In this document: positions 1 through 11,675 of the stretch, piece by piece | How the letters are laid out: every line of letters begins with the position of its first letter | Position numbering within the stretch: the stretch's first letter is position 1 | DNA from: Raja brachyura | Lineage: Eukaryota | DNA: 64,000 nucleotides | Assembly: GCA_963514005.1 (NCBI GenBank) | Contig: OY740788.1 | Span: 88,598,001-88,662,000 of the forward strand | Direction of reading: 5' to 3' | Notes under the pieces: generated by a model | Database searches by the model: none | What the model saw: the letters and a program-made list of their open reading frames with translations, nothing else | Told to the model about the DNA's origin: nothing | Program-made: the position numbers and the translations under genes

Positions 1-1224
1 CGCAGAATAATTACTACACTCATCAGATTCAGGCATCCCAGGAACCACGGGTGCTTTTTGTGTACCCACCAAAGCCACAGGCTTTGCATTTTTCTTGTGC
101 AGTACGGGACACGACTTTAAGATGTGCCCGCTCTCTTTACAATAGTAGCACACAGGACCTTCCTTAGTCCTGAGACCTCCGTCAACCTTATCAGCTCGGA
201 CCTCCCCCTGTATCAATGTGCTGACACTTGCAGGCACAGAAACAGCTTTGATACTGCCACCGGCGACACCACCGCGATTAAACGGCCGTGCACCTAAACC
301 ATAGGTTCGCCCAACAAACTCAGTTTTATGAGTCAATACATACTCATCTGCTAACACCGCGGCCTTCGACACCTCCGTCACCTTCTGCTCATTAAGGTAA
401 GTAGCAACCCTCTCAGGGAGACAGTTCTTAAAGACTTCCATAATCATCAAGGCCCGCAACAGCTTAAAATCCTTCACTCCTTTGGAAGCGCACCACCTGT
501 AAAAAAGTGCCTCCTTCTCCCAAGCAAACTCCACATAAGTCTGACTATCAAACTTCCTAAAGCGCCGGAACTTCTGCCGGTACGCCTCTGGAACTAATTC
601 ATAAGCCCTTAATACCGTAGACTTCACACACTCATAATCCAGACTGTTTTCAAGAGATAAAGACGAGTACACCTCCCGTGCTTTACCCACAAGGACACAC
701 TGCAAGAGCAAGGACCACATATCCCTAGGCCACTTAAAGGACGAAGCTACCTGTTCAAACACTGCAAAATATTTGTCCACATCCTTCTCATTAAACGGGG
801 GAACCAGGCGAATGTTCTTGCTCATATCAAACTCCCTTTCCCCAGAAGGAACTCGGGAGGCATTCAATTCCTTTTCCCGTATCTCAAGGTGTTTAATCTC
901 AAGGTCTTTCTCTCTTAAGGCCCTCTCCTCCTTTTTCATTGCAAGCTCTAACTCCTTCTCTCTTAAGGCTAACTCCTTCAATCGAATGAGGTCCTCCATT
1001 TTCTGACCAGGCTGTGTAGAAGCTAGAGGACTTTCTTCCTCAGCAGGCAATACCCCACTCTTTTTCAACTCAGACCATAACACCGACTGTATAGCCTGTT
1101 TCCTCGAATGCTTATCAACAGACACCTGATAGCTGTCTGCCAGCAATAACAACTGCTCCTTCGTACATTTGTCAAACAACTCCTGACGAGGAGCCTCAGT
1201 AAAGTCCTCCACTATAAACTTCAT
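1..1224 (-). CDS. Gypsy (Gmr1-like) LTR retrotransposon gag ORF, runs off the left edge
   Basis: Manual translation from the ATG at 1224 is open to base 1 (408 codons): MKFIVEDFTEAP...FDMSKNIRLVPPFNEKDVDKYF...AYELVPEAYRQKFR...LADEY, followed by a CCHC knuckle CYYCKESGHILKSC. It is absent from the ORF track because no stop falls inside the window. Confidence 0.88.
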   Translation of the reverse strand, partial: MKFIVEDFTEAPRQELFDKCTKEQLLLLADSYQVSVDKHSRKQAIQSVLWSELKKSGVLPAEEESPLASTQPGQKMEDLIRLKELALREKELELAMKKEERALREKDLEIKHLEIREKELNASRVPSGEREFDMSKNIRLVPPFNEKDVDKYFAVFEQVASSFKWPRDMWSLLLQCVLVGKAREVYSSLSLENSLDYECVKSTVLRAYELVPEAYRQKFRRFRKFDSQTYVEFAWEKEALFYRWCASKGVKDFKLLRALMIMEVFKNCLPERVATYLNEQKVTEVSKAAVLADEYVLTHKTEFVGRTYGLGARPFNRGGVAGGSIKAVSVPASVSTLIQGEVRADKVDGGLRTKEGPVCYYCKESGHILKSCPVLHKKNAKPVALVGTQKAPVVPGMPESDECSNYSA

Positions 1225-1383
1225 ATCAAATGTCAGGACCAAAAAAACCAGCCAAAGCCTGGGCACAAATGTCACCACAAATGGAAGAGGAAAAAAAAAA
1301 AATCCCCGCACAACACAGACTTCCTCAGACACCAGAAGCCTACCAAAAAAACTCCCCAAACTGTCTAGGGTCCTCAAAGCTTA

Positions 1384-1396
1384 GGACGAGCCCCCA
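1384..1396 (-). promoter_or_regulatory. Primer-binding site (tRNA-Pro type) of the Gypsy element
   Basis: The minus strand reads ...CGTAACA-AAA-TGGGGGCTCGTCC: an LTR-end CA followed by 13 nt matching the known tRNA-Pro PBS TGGGGGCTCGTCCGGGAT. Confidence 0.8.
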
Positions 1397-1399
1397 TTT

Positions 1400-2070
1400 T
1401 GTTACGACTTCCAAAGGCTGGTTCCTCAGAGTCGCGTAACAAATCAAAAACAGGGTCAAGTTTATATTAAAAAAACAGTCTTTAATTGTAACACTAAACA
1501 AAACCCGAACCTGATTTTAAAGAACACGGTCAGGGATCAGAATTGGCTATAAAATAATATATAATGGTGAACCAGCCAGCCCTTAATGGACCGTCGGACT
1601 GCAGACTCTAAACTGACTATATAGCCCTAACTCTACAACCAAAAATACCCGAAAACTCTCAGGTCATCCCTTCCGTCACAATAGAACATTCATTTACAAA
1701 AGTATATCCCAAATATACAAAGTGCAGTGCCATGCGGCCAGGCCTCATGCAGATCAGCCCGGCGCCTCTTCCCCCAGAGATCTATCTTGAAGAGAGAGAG
1801 AATTCTGGGAGCTTCTGCCTCTTAAAGCTCCCGATGAGTCATCTGATGTTGCTGGGCCAATCGGGTACAGAAGCTGTTAACCCCTTGATTCCTGGCTCCC
1901 AGCCACGGCCTGTAGAGATACAGACAGGTAATTACAGTATTCAACAGGAGGGGGGGAAAGTACCTAACAATGACTTCCTGACCCTTATACTCAATGCCCC
2001 GACTAATGAAGGCACGCATACTGTGCGCCCTCTTTACCTCTTTATCTAATGGTTAGCTACTTTCAGGGAG
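1400..2070 (-). mobile_element. 5' LTR of the Gypsy element (right boundary uncertain)
   Basis: Lies immediately upstream of the PBS and ends in ...TAACA on the minus strand. The outer end is not clearly defined before a LINE tail at ~2100-2187. Confidence 0.55.
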
Positions 2071-2349
2071 CTATGGAATTGTATTAGATGTATGCCTACA
2101 ATATTGTGTTGTGCTGCAGCAAGCAAGAATTTCATTGTCCTTTCTGGGACACATGACAATAACTCTCTTGACTTGACTTGACTTGACAATTAACTGTACA
2201 CTTTCCCCCTAACATTTGACCTTCCAAAGAGCAACACCTTACATTTCATTAAACTCCATAAAATTCCGGCTAGATAGTCAGATTTCTCGAAATGTGGCTG
2301 GGGAATGGAGCAGTGGGTGTATTTTTTAATGTGTTCTGGCCCCTTGCAG

Positions 2350-2860
2350 GACAACAGATATGCTGATACTATTGTGATAGTTCACACTTGATTGAGGTCC
2401 CTGGCTACAATGACCAGGGCTTTGGGGTATTTTGTCTCAAGGCCATAGGTAACAGAGTACAAATTAGTCAGAGAAAGCTTGACACCTGCAGGGGGAGGGG
2501 AATGTGGACTGCTGTCAGGATAGCTGGGGTGAATTCCCTGGGCAGGTAGTAGGGTCAGCACTTCACAGTCAGACATTCCAGGTCCGGGGATTGTCAGCAT
2601 CACGAGGTATTGATTAGGAAGCAGACCCCACCGCCTCCAGCCTTGCCTGAAAATGCCGTGCTGTCCATCCGGTGAAGGGAGAAGCCCTGGGGCAGAATGG
2701 CGCTGTCAGGTATGTTAGCGGTGAAACAGAGCACACAGCAGTCCTTCTGGACTCTGAGGTAAGTCAGTCTTGCTTTAGTTCACCCAGCTTGTTCTCCATA
2801 GACTGCACATTAGCCAGTTATATGCTGGGGGTGTCTTGAAATACTGTTGCTTCATCCGCA
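2350..2860 (-). pseudogene. Degenerate Rex1/Babar-type LINE endonuclease remnant
   Basis: Minus-strand fragments PSI*LANVQSMENKLGEL, DCCVLCFT, PDSAILPQGFSLHRMD, GKAGGGGVCFLIN, SPDLECLTVKC*PYYLPREFT, with stops and frameshifts. Confidence 0.75.
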
Positions 2861-2954
2861 CCGACAGCTCAGTGCGCTTCCATTGTTCACTCAGCAGGGG
2901 GCAGCATTTGGCCCTGTGAGTCACTGGTGTCATCGTCGGCTCTTGCATGGGTCA

Positions 2955-3185
2955 GGCCTGGGGTCAGAGTTGGTCGATCGGCCTGGGGTCAGAGTTGATC
3001 AATCAGCCTGGGGTCAGAGTTGGTCGATCGGCCTGGGGTCAGAGTTGGTCGATCGGCCTGGGGTCAGAGTTGGTCGATCGGCCTGGGGTCAGAGTTGGTC
3101 AATCGGCCTGGGGTCAGAGTTGGTCGATCGGCCTGGGGTCAGTTGGTCAATCGGCCTGGGGTCAGAGTTGATCGGTCGGCCTGGG
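2955..3185. repeat. 25-bp minisatellite (GGCCTGGGGTCAGAGTTGGTCGATC), about 9 copies
   Basis: Directly visible tandem units with few substitutions. Confidence 0.92.
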
Positions 3186-3198
3186 AGGTCAGGCCTCT

Positions 3199-4815
3199 AA
3201 CATAGAAACATAGAAAATAGGTGCAGAAGTAGGCCATTCAGCCCTTTGAGCCTGCACCGCCATTCAATATGATCATGGCCGATCATCCAACTCAGTATCC
3301 GGTACCTGCCTTCTCCCCATACCCCCTGATCCCTTTAGCCACAAGGGCCACATCTAACTCCCTCTAACTGCCTCAACTACCTTCTGTGGCAGAGAATTCC
3401 ACAGATTCACCACTCTCTGTGTGAAATATGATTTTCTCATCTCGGTCCTAAAAGACTTCCCCCTTATCCTTAAACTGTGACTCCTTGTTCTGGAGTTCCC
3501 CAGCATCGGGAACAATCTTCCTGCATCTAGCCTGTCCAACCCCTTAAGAATTTCGTAAGTCTCTATAAGGTCCCCCCTAAATTCCAGCGAGTACCAGCTG
3601 AATCTATCCAGTCTTTCTTCATATGAAAGTCCTGCCATCCCAGGAATCAGTCTGGTGAACCTTCTATGTACTCCCTCTATGGCAATAATGTCTTTCCTCA
3701 GATTAGGAGACTAAAACTGTACGCAATACTCCAGGTGTGGCCTCACCAAGACCATGTACAACTGCAGTAGAACCTCCCTGCTCTTGTACTCAAATCCTTT
3801 TGCTATTAATGCCAACATACCATTCGCTTTCTTCACAGCCTGCTGCACCTGCATGCCTACTTTCAATGACTGGTGTACCATCCAGGTCTCGTTGCATCTC
3901 CCCTTTTCCTAATCGGCCACCATTCAGATAATAGTCTACCATCCTGTTTTTGCTAACAAAGTGGATAACCTCACATTTATCCACATTATACTGCATCTGC
4001 CATGCATTTGCCCACTCACCCAACCTATCCAAGTCACCTTGCAGCCTCCTAGCATCCTCCTCACAGCTAACACTGCCCCCCAGCTTCGTGTCATCCGCAA
4101 ACTTGGAGATGTTGCATTCAATTCCCTCATCCAGATCATTAATATATATTGTAAATAGCTGGGGTCCCAGCACTGAGCCTTGCGGTACCCCACTAGCCAC
4201 TGCCTGCCATTGTGAAAAGGACCCGTTTACTCCTACTCTTTGCTTCCTGTCTGCCAACCAGTTCTCTATCCACATCAATACTGAACACCCAATACCGTGT
4301 GCTTTAAGTTTGTATACTAATCTCTTATGTGGCACCTTGTCGAAAGCCTTCTGAAAGTCTAGATATAACACATCCACAGGTTCTCCCTTATCCACTCTAC
4401 TAGTTATATCCTCGAAAAATTCCACAAGATTTGTCAGACATGATTCACCTTTCATACATCCATGCTGACTTTGTCCAATGATTTCCCCACTTTCCAAATG
4501 CGCTGCTATCCCATCTTTAATAACTGACTCTAGCATTTTCCCCACTACCGATGTTCGACTAACTGGTCTGTAATTCCCCATTTTCGCTCTCCCTCCCTTT
4601 TTAAAAAGTGGGGTTACATTAGCTACCCTGCAATCCTCAGGAACTACTCCAGAATCTAAAGAGTTTTGAAAAATTATCACTAATGCATCCACTATTTCTG
4701 GGGCTACTTCCTTAAATACTCTGGGATGCAGCCTATCTAGCCCTGGGGATTTATCGGCCTTTAATCCATTCAATTTACCTAACACCACTTCCCGACTAAC
4801 CTGGCTCTCACTCAG
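3199..4815 (-). mobile_element. CR1 LINE, 5'-truncated (RT region plus 3' tail)
   Basis: ORF 3790-4788 has [30 protein letters not shown] and FADD. The (TTCTATGT)n tail appears as AACATAGAAACATAGAA at 3199. Confidence 0.93.
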
Positions 4816-5409
4816 TCACCTGACTAAACACCATAGACCGGTGAGAATAGTCAGTCTTTTTTTCCAGCATAGAAATGTCAAATATTAGATATCAAGGCTT
4901 TAGGATGAGAGTAAGAAAGTTTAAAGAATATATATGAGGCAAGTTCTTGTTTTCACAGAGTGTTGCGTGCTTGAAACACATTGCCGGGGGAAGTGGTGGA
5001 GGCAGATCTGAGAGGTAGTTAATAGTCATTTCGACAAAGACATTAACAAGTAGAGAATGGTGAGACCATGTGCAGGCAGATGGGAATAGTTTAAATTGGC
5101 ATCATGTTCGACACAGATATGGTGGGCCAAAGAACCTTTCCCTCTGCTGTACTGTTCTATGCTTGTGTGAAACACTTGATCAGAGTACTACGTTTTAATA
5201 AAGGAGGAGATAGAAAGAGAGCTTGGACAGGGCGTGGGAGGGGGGAGTGGTGGAAAGAGTGGGGAGGGCGGAAGAGGGGGTAATGAGAGGTGCGTGTTAA
5301 AGGCATGACCATCAATAGCTGAATGAAAGCAATGAGGAATGTACGAGAGGCCAGCATGTAAGTGTTTCAGACATTTTTTAGGATGATCAATCCGACGAGG
5401 AATGAATCT

Positions 5410-5720
5410 TCATAAGTTTTAGGAGCAGAATTAGGCCATTCGGCCCATCAGGTCTACTTGTCCATTCAATCATGGCTGATCTATCTTTCCCTCTCAACCC
5501 CATTCTCCTGCCTTGTCCCCATAATCCCTGACACCCGTAGTAATGAAGAATCTGTCAATCTCCCCCTTAAAAACATCCATTGACTTGGCCTCCACAGCCT
5601 TCAGGGGCAAAGAATTCCACAGATTCATTACCCTCTGACTAAATAAATTCCTCCTCATCTTCCAAAAAGAATGTCCTTTAATTCTGAGGCTATGACCTCT
5701 AGTCCTAGAATCTCCCATAT
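5410..5720 (-). mobile_element. CR1 3' fragment
   Basis: ORF 5494-5748 contains SRTRGHSLRIKG and FSQRVMNLWNSLP. Confidence 0.8.
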
Positions 5721-6019
5721 CTGAGTGGAATGATACATCACAGGACATTCATAATACCGCAGGGGCAGGCCTGTCACTGTAAAATGGGTCTTCATTTTGA
5801 GGTCACCCACAACGTCCCTGTTCAGTAAAATGCTGCACGCTTGTTGGAAGATGGGAATCCCAGGGGAGAGAAAAGGTGGCGGGGGGGGGGGGGGGGGGAG
5901 GGGGGTGAGGGCAGAAACACCCTCAGCCCATGGGGTCCATGTGTGTCAACATGCAGCAAGCAAACTGGATGGTCATTTGCAGAGGGCAGAACAGTGACCC
6001 AGGTCCAAGCCCTTAACAA

Positions 6020-6395
6020 TCAGTAACCACATTTTTCAAGGGACAATATCATCCTGAAATCTGAATGTATTCACATTGGTAAATGTATTTCTAACAAGCA
6101 GTGGAAGAGGAAGTCAGCTCTAAAGAAAACCACATCTGCTAATTTTGGAGGGATTATTTGTAAATGCTAACTCTGTGTCTTTCTTGATGCACGTGAGTTA
6201 AGAACTATTGACAAAAAGGCAGGCGAACTACATTTACGTTGAGCGTGCAGAAATTTAAGGGTGCCTCTGAACAAGAAATTGTGCAATCTGTCAAGTAACA
6301 TATTTCAGAAGAGGGAAATTACAATGTAAATTACTTTGAAAGAATTTCTGTTTTATCCTGCATGCTTTGCATTTCTCTGAAAAGGAAGTAATGAG
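6020..6395. promoter_or_regulatory. Candidate haematopoietic enhancer (PU.1/RUNX/C-EBP/E-box cluster)
   Basis: Non-repeat island with AACCACA (6025, 6128), AAGAGGAAGT (6105), CACGTG (6190), ATTGTGCAAT (6278) and AAAAGGAAGT (6380). Motif matches only. Confidence 0.35.
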
Positions 6396-6489
6396 GTTAC
6401 CCGCATACTCAGTTTTCCACTTTTACCAGAAAGTTTCTCTCTCCCCTGTCCAAAACCCGTTACAAGTTTGACCATGGGTCACAGGGTTT

Positions 6490-7087
6490 TAGTTTAGTTT
6501 AGTTTAAAGATACAGTGTGGTAACAGGCCCTTCGGCCCGACCAAATCCGTGCCGACCAGCAATCACCCACACACTGGGTGGCACGGTGGCACAGCGGTAG
6601 AGTTGCTGCCTTACAGTGCAAAAAAAAACACAGGTTCATCCAGACTACAGTTGCTGTCTGTACGGAGTTTGTACGTTCTCCCTGTGACCAAGTGGGTTTT
6701 CTCCGGGTGCTCCGGTTTCCTCCAACACTCCAAAGACATACAGGATTGTAGGTTAATTGTCTTTGGTAAAATTGTAAAATTGTCCCTAGTATGTAGGATA
6801 GTGCTGGTGTGCGGGATGATCTCTGGTCGGCATGGATTCTGTGGGCTGAAGGGCCCGTTTTCACACTGTATCGCTAAAGACTAAAGAAAAAGATTAAAGG
6901 CTAGTTGTATCCTACATATTGGGATAATTTACAGCAGCCAATTAACCCACAAACCTGCATGTTTTAAGAATGTGGGAGGAAAGCGGAGGACCCAGAGACA
7001 ACCTACGCAGTCACAGGGAGAACATACAAACTCTGTACAGACCGTACCCGTGGTCAGGAACGAACCCGGGTCTCTGGCGCTGTAAGG
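6490..7087. mobile_element. Nested tRNA-derived V-SINEs (HE1-like): + copy ~6577-6885 inside a - copy
   Basis: The inner copy starts GGGTGGCACGGTGGCACAGCGGTAGAG and has the V-core GGAGTTTGTACGTTCTCCC...CCGGTTTCCTCC. The flanks are the reverse-complement head and tail of the same family. Confidence 0.75.
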
Positions 7088-7333
7088 CTATCTTTAAGAG
7101 CCCTATATAGTCTTGATCCACTGCAATTCACCTACCACCACAACAGGTCCACAGCAGATGCCATTCCCCTGGCTCTGCAACACCTGGTTAACAAGGACAC
7201 CTTAACAGTGCTTTATTTGTCACATATGCAACTGCACAGAGAAATTTATCTTGCACATATTACACATGCTAGTGCCGACATTATTGCCGCTATTATGTCC
7301 AGTCGGCCCCCACGTTCGATGCACTGGAGCATC

Positions 7334-9125
7334 GATGAGGGTAGACCATTATCTGAATGGTGGCAGATTAGGAAAAGGGGAGATGCAACGAGACCTGGGT
7401 GTCATGGTACACCAGGCACGTGCCGTCAGGGTAGGCAAGGTAGGCACTGCCTACCCTGACTAAAATTATAACATAGTAATAACTAAATATAAATTGTAAA
7501 GTCATGGGAGAATTATGCCTATGTAAGAGACAGATCTCTTAGGTAGGCATAATTCTCCGTGCCTTTCATCCGCAGCGCTTGTAACACGGGAAGGTCTGTG
7601 CAGCCCACGTGCCGTCAGCGCTGCCTGAAGCCGTCACTTTCAAGCAGGGCTGAAGGCAGCAGAAATTCTGCCTTTGCTGCACTGCGCATGTGCATCGGTC
7701 AACTGCGCATGCGCAGCGCAAGTTTCTTGGCGGGGTTTTCAAATATGGTTTGTCAATATTTTAAGTGTATGTTAGGAAACAGCGAGAGAAGAATGGAGCT
7801 CGTGTACCAATGATGTGGTAAGTACATTTTGTGTTTATGTTTTTAAATACCGTATTTCCCGGGGTGTGGGGGTGGGGGGGAGAGCTCCTTTACAAGCGTT
7901 TGGGGAGTCTGGCCCGGGGTAAAGTTGCGGGGAGGGCACGAATGTTGTGAAGGAGGGGATTGGGATAATGCCACTTGCGACGTTCCTTGCACGGAGGCGT
8001 GCAATGACACCGCATGAGGCCGGGGGGGGGGGGGGGTGAGAGAAGTAGCTCGGGCGGCTGAGCGGCCGCCGGGCTGGACAGCGGAACCAGCCGCCACCTT
8101 AGCGCCTTCTGCCGGTCCCCGCTCACCTCTGGCAGCTCTCCGTCTAAAAACCTCTCTCCTGCCGCTCGCTGGCCTCACTCATGTCCTTAAATACCGACAG
8201 CGCAATTGAGGTTACTCGGCTGTGGTAATTTAAGGATTTGCAGGAAGCCTCTGACATGAGCGAAGTCGGCGAACGGCAGGTGACAGGTGACAGGTGTTTC
8301 CATGGCGAGCACTGACAAAGGTGAGCGGGCCGGCAGAAGGCGCTGAAGTGGCGGCCAGTTCTGCTGTCGGGACCCGGTGGCCGCTCGTAGCTCCCCGAGC
8401 TGCTTCTATCCCCAGCTACAGTGCGTGGCTTTTACCCAGAGAGCTGCGGTAGCGGTGAGTGAGTGAGTTACTGGCAGTATCCCCGACACCCACCCTGACC
8501 CGAAACGTCGCCTATCTCCTTCGCTCCTTAGATGCTGCTGCGCCCGCTGAGTTTATCCAGCATTTTGTGTACCTTCCTTCTCAACACTCATGCCCTCCCC
8601 ACAACTTTACCCCTGGCACAGACTCTCCACACGCTGTGAAAGGAACTGTTCCCCCAATTGGTCTAGGACTAGAAAGCCTAGGAAGGGCAAATTGAAATGT
8701 CTCTGTTTTTATTTATTTATTTATTTAACAGAGAGAACAATCTGCGCATGCGTGGTTTAATTTTTTTTTAAAGCGGACTGAGTGCCTACCCTGAGTAATT
8801 ACTCACGGCCCGTGCCTGTGGTACACCAGTCATTGAAAGTAGGCATGCAGGTGCAGCAGTCAGTGAAGAAAGCAAATGGTATGTTGGCATTCATAGCAAA
8901 AGGATTTGAGTATAGGAGCAGGGAGGTTCTACTGCAGTTGTACAGGGTTTTGGTGAGACCACACCTGGAGTATTGCGTACAGTTTTGGTCTCCAAATCTG
9001 AGGAAAGACATTCTTGCCATAGAGGGGGTACAGAGAAGGTTCACCAGACTGATTCCTGGGATGTCGGGACTTTCATATGAAGAAAGACTGGATACACTCG
9101 GCTTGTACTCACTGGAATTTAGAAT
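7334..9125 (+). mobile_element. CR1 ORF2 fragment interrupted by a DNA transposon
   Basis: YLNGGRLGKGEMQRDLGVMVH before the insertion resumes as VHQSLKVGMQVQQ...RPHLEYCVQFWSP after it. Confidence 0.85.
7413..8818. mobile_element. Non-autonomous hAT-type DNA transposon (MITE)
   Basis: 8-bp TSD TGGTACAC (7405-7412 and 8819-8826); TIRs CAGGCACGTGCCGT / ACGGCCCGTGCCTG (13/14 match); no transposase. Confidence 0.85.
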
Positions 9126-9430
9126 TCCCTCTCTCTCTATCTCTCCCCCACCCAAGTCGCACTAGCTTCTCATTTTCACACTACAAACAGCTTACAATGG
9201 CCTGTTTCCTTTATCATTGATACTTTTTTGCATATCTTTCATTCATTGTTCTTTATCTCTCCACATCACTGTCTATATCTCTCGTTTCCCTGATCCCTGA
9301 CCAGTGTGAAGAAGGGTCTCGACCCGAAACGTCGCCTATCTCCTTCGCTCCTTAGATGCTGCTGCACCCGCTGAGTTTCTCCAGCTTTTTGTGTAACCCT
9401 CAATTCTCCAGCATCTGCAGTTCCTTCTTT
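9124..9430 (+). mobile_element. Penelope-type terminal repeat fragment with mutated hammerhead-like motif
   Basis: Same family as 41762-42050. It contains GTGAAGAAGGGTCTCGACCCGAAACGTC at 9306-9333 (first core C changed to G). Confidence 0.65.
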
Positions 9431-9669
9431 AACAAATTAGGGATGATGATGAGTATTGGGGGAGATCGATCAACTGACCAAATGGCGCCAAGAAAACAAC
9501 CTTTAAACAGATCCACATCACTTTGGCCATACTTTCATCTCCCTGTACCATCAGGAAGAAGGTACAGGAATCTGAAGGCTGTTCCCTTCAAGTTGAAGAA
9601 CAGCTTCTTCCCATCAACCATCAAGTTCTTGAACCATCCTGTACAACCCTACTTCAGCACCTCACTATG

Positions 9670-10683
9670 TAGCAATGTTAAAACATTTTGAGATTTTAAA
9701 AATCAAGTCTGCAATTTATCCCATCAGATAAAGCATAAAAAGAAGTTTAATTTGACACCTAATTCACTTTCATATCTTCAGTATTAAAAAAGTTATGACC
9801 ATTTTCATACTCGGAAATTAGCATCTTGTTCCCTATTGCCTTTCAATTGAGTTAACTCAAAAGCTGTGATCTAGAACAGTTAAAAGCTCATATCTTTCTT
9901 AAAAATTAAGAGAACTCAATGAAATTTTCAGTTATTATAGATTGAAGCATTCTGAAACAAATATGAAACAATCTTACTTGGATGACCTGAAATTAAAGCA
10001 TATAATTAGTTAATCTAATTGTAGCTAATTACAAAATTCAATGAGTAGATCTAAACATCTATCCATTTCTTAAGAAAAGATAAACTTTTTTTAAATTGCC
10101 TAAGTGTCCAAATAGCATTCACACAATAATCCACAATATAACATAATTTTTAAATCTCATTTTCATGAAGTTATAGGCCAAATGGAAGGAATTTAGTGTT
10201 TAATGGCCTGTAAATCAACTAGCGAGTGGGTTTTAGTGGAATGCGGTGGATTGGAACTTTGCGGTTTGCTGTGAAGTCGGGAGGAAAAATACTGTTGGTT
10301 CACACATTTTTTTGGACCCCTTTTCGCAACATGAAAATATGATTAAAGCCTCCATAAAAACCAACTTTTAATATAAAAATAAACTATTTACCTTTTTTTC
10401 TCCCCTACGCAAAATCCTTCCCGTTGTCGGTTCTCACGGCTTTTGAAGGTGATTTTTAAATTACTCCAGTTAATAAATAATCTAGTGTAATTTAAAAATA
10501 CCTTCATGAATGAAATGTCGGAGCGATTTTTCTTCCGCAACGAAATCGCCCGACATTGATCGATTTGCCTAGTCTGTAGAAAAACGGCACTTTAAGCCCG
10601 CCCCCCTCTGAAAGGCCAAAGTCACGCACACGGGGAGTGGCAGAACTGCAGCGCTGCTCAAGGTAAGTTTTGTAACATACCTA
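9670..10683. mobile_element. AT-rich non-autonomous TIR DNA transposon, superfamily unresolved
   Basis: Imperfect TIRs TAGCAATGTTAAAAC / TTTTGTAACATACCTA and flanking direct repeat CACTATG (9663-9669, 10684-10690). It sits in the 3' end of a Rex-like LINE remnant. Confidence 0.75.
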
Positions 10684-11675
10684 CACTATGGACTATTATG
10701 ATTGCTCCATGTAATTTGGTGGGTTTTTGCACTGCCATAGCCCCATTTATTTAGGATAACATAATTGATAGTGTGTTTATTTCTTGCTGTAGTTGTGTGT
10801 CGGAAGCTGCAGCAAGTAACAATTTCACAGTTGCAGTTCATTTCTGGTTTCTTCACTCCTGGTAAAGAAGGTCTACTATATACTTGCTGTCATTGACCAG
10901 GGCATTGAGTGTAAAAGCTGGCAAGTCATGTTGCAGCTTCATGAAACTTTGGTTGGGCAGAGTTGTTTGTGCAGTTCTGGTCACCACATTACAGGAATGA
11001 TGTGACGGCTTTGAAGAAGTTGTAGAAGAGGTTTACCAGAATGCTGCCTGGGCATTAGTTATCTGGCGAGGTTGCATAAATGTGGACTGTTTTCTCTAGA
11101 GCATCCGAGGCTGAGGGGCAATCTAATGGAACATTTATAAATTCTGAGGCAGAGTACCTTTATGTCTGAGGAAACCTATTCTCTCACTAGTTACCCTCTT
11201 TCCTTTAATGTACTTTTGGACGAGTCATAGTGTTACACAGCACGGAAACAGGTCCTTCATTCCAAATTTCCCAAGTTGACCACAAGATGTCCCATCTGCA
11301 CTCTTTCCACTGGCCCAGGCTTACCCCAGATCTCTCTAAACCTTTCCTATCCATGTACCTGTCCAAATGTATTTTAAATGCAGTTATCATACCTGCCTTA
11401 ACTACCTTTTCTGTTAGATCGTTCCATATATCCATCATCCTCTGTTTGAAAAAGTTGCCCCTCAGTTTTCTATTGTATCTTTCCTTTCTCGCCTATGTCC
11501 TCTGGTTTTTGATTCCCTATACGCTGGGCAAAAGACACTGTGCATTCACACTACCTATCCCCTTCATGCTCCTATAAATCTCTATAAAATAATCCCTCGG
11601 CCTCCTGGGCTCCAAGGAATAAAGTCCTGGCCAGCCCAACTTCTTGCTACAGTTAGGACTTCAAGTCGTGACATC

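Noticed and set aside
2350-2764. Possible + strand exon ending at GAG|GTAAGT (2759)
   Set aside because: The region is a minus-strand Rex/Babar endonuclease remnant; the splice-like motifs are probably incidental.
2955-3185. CRISPR-like array
   Set aside because: Contiguous 25-bp tandem units with no unique spacers, in a eukaryotic context.
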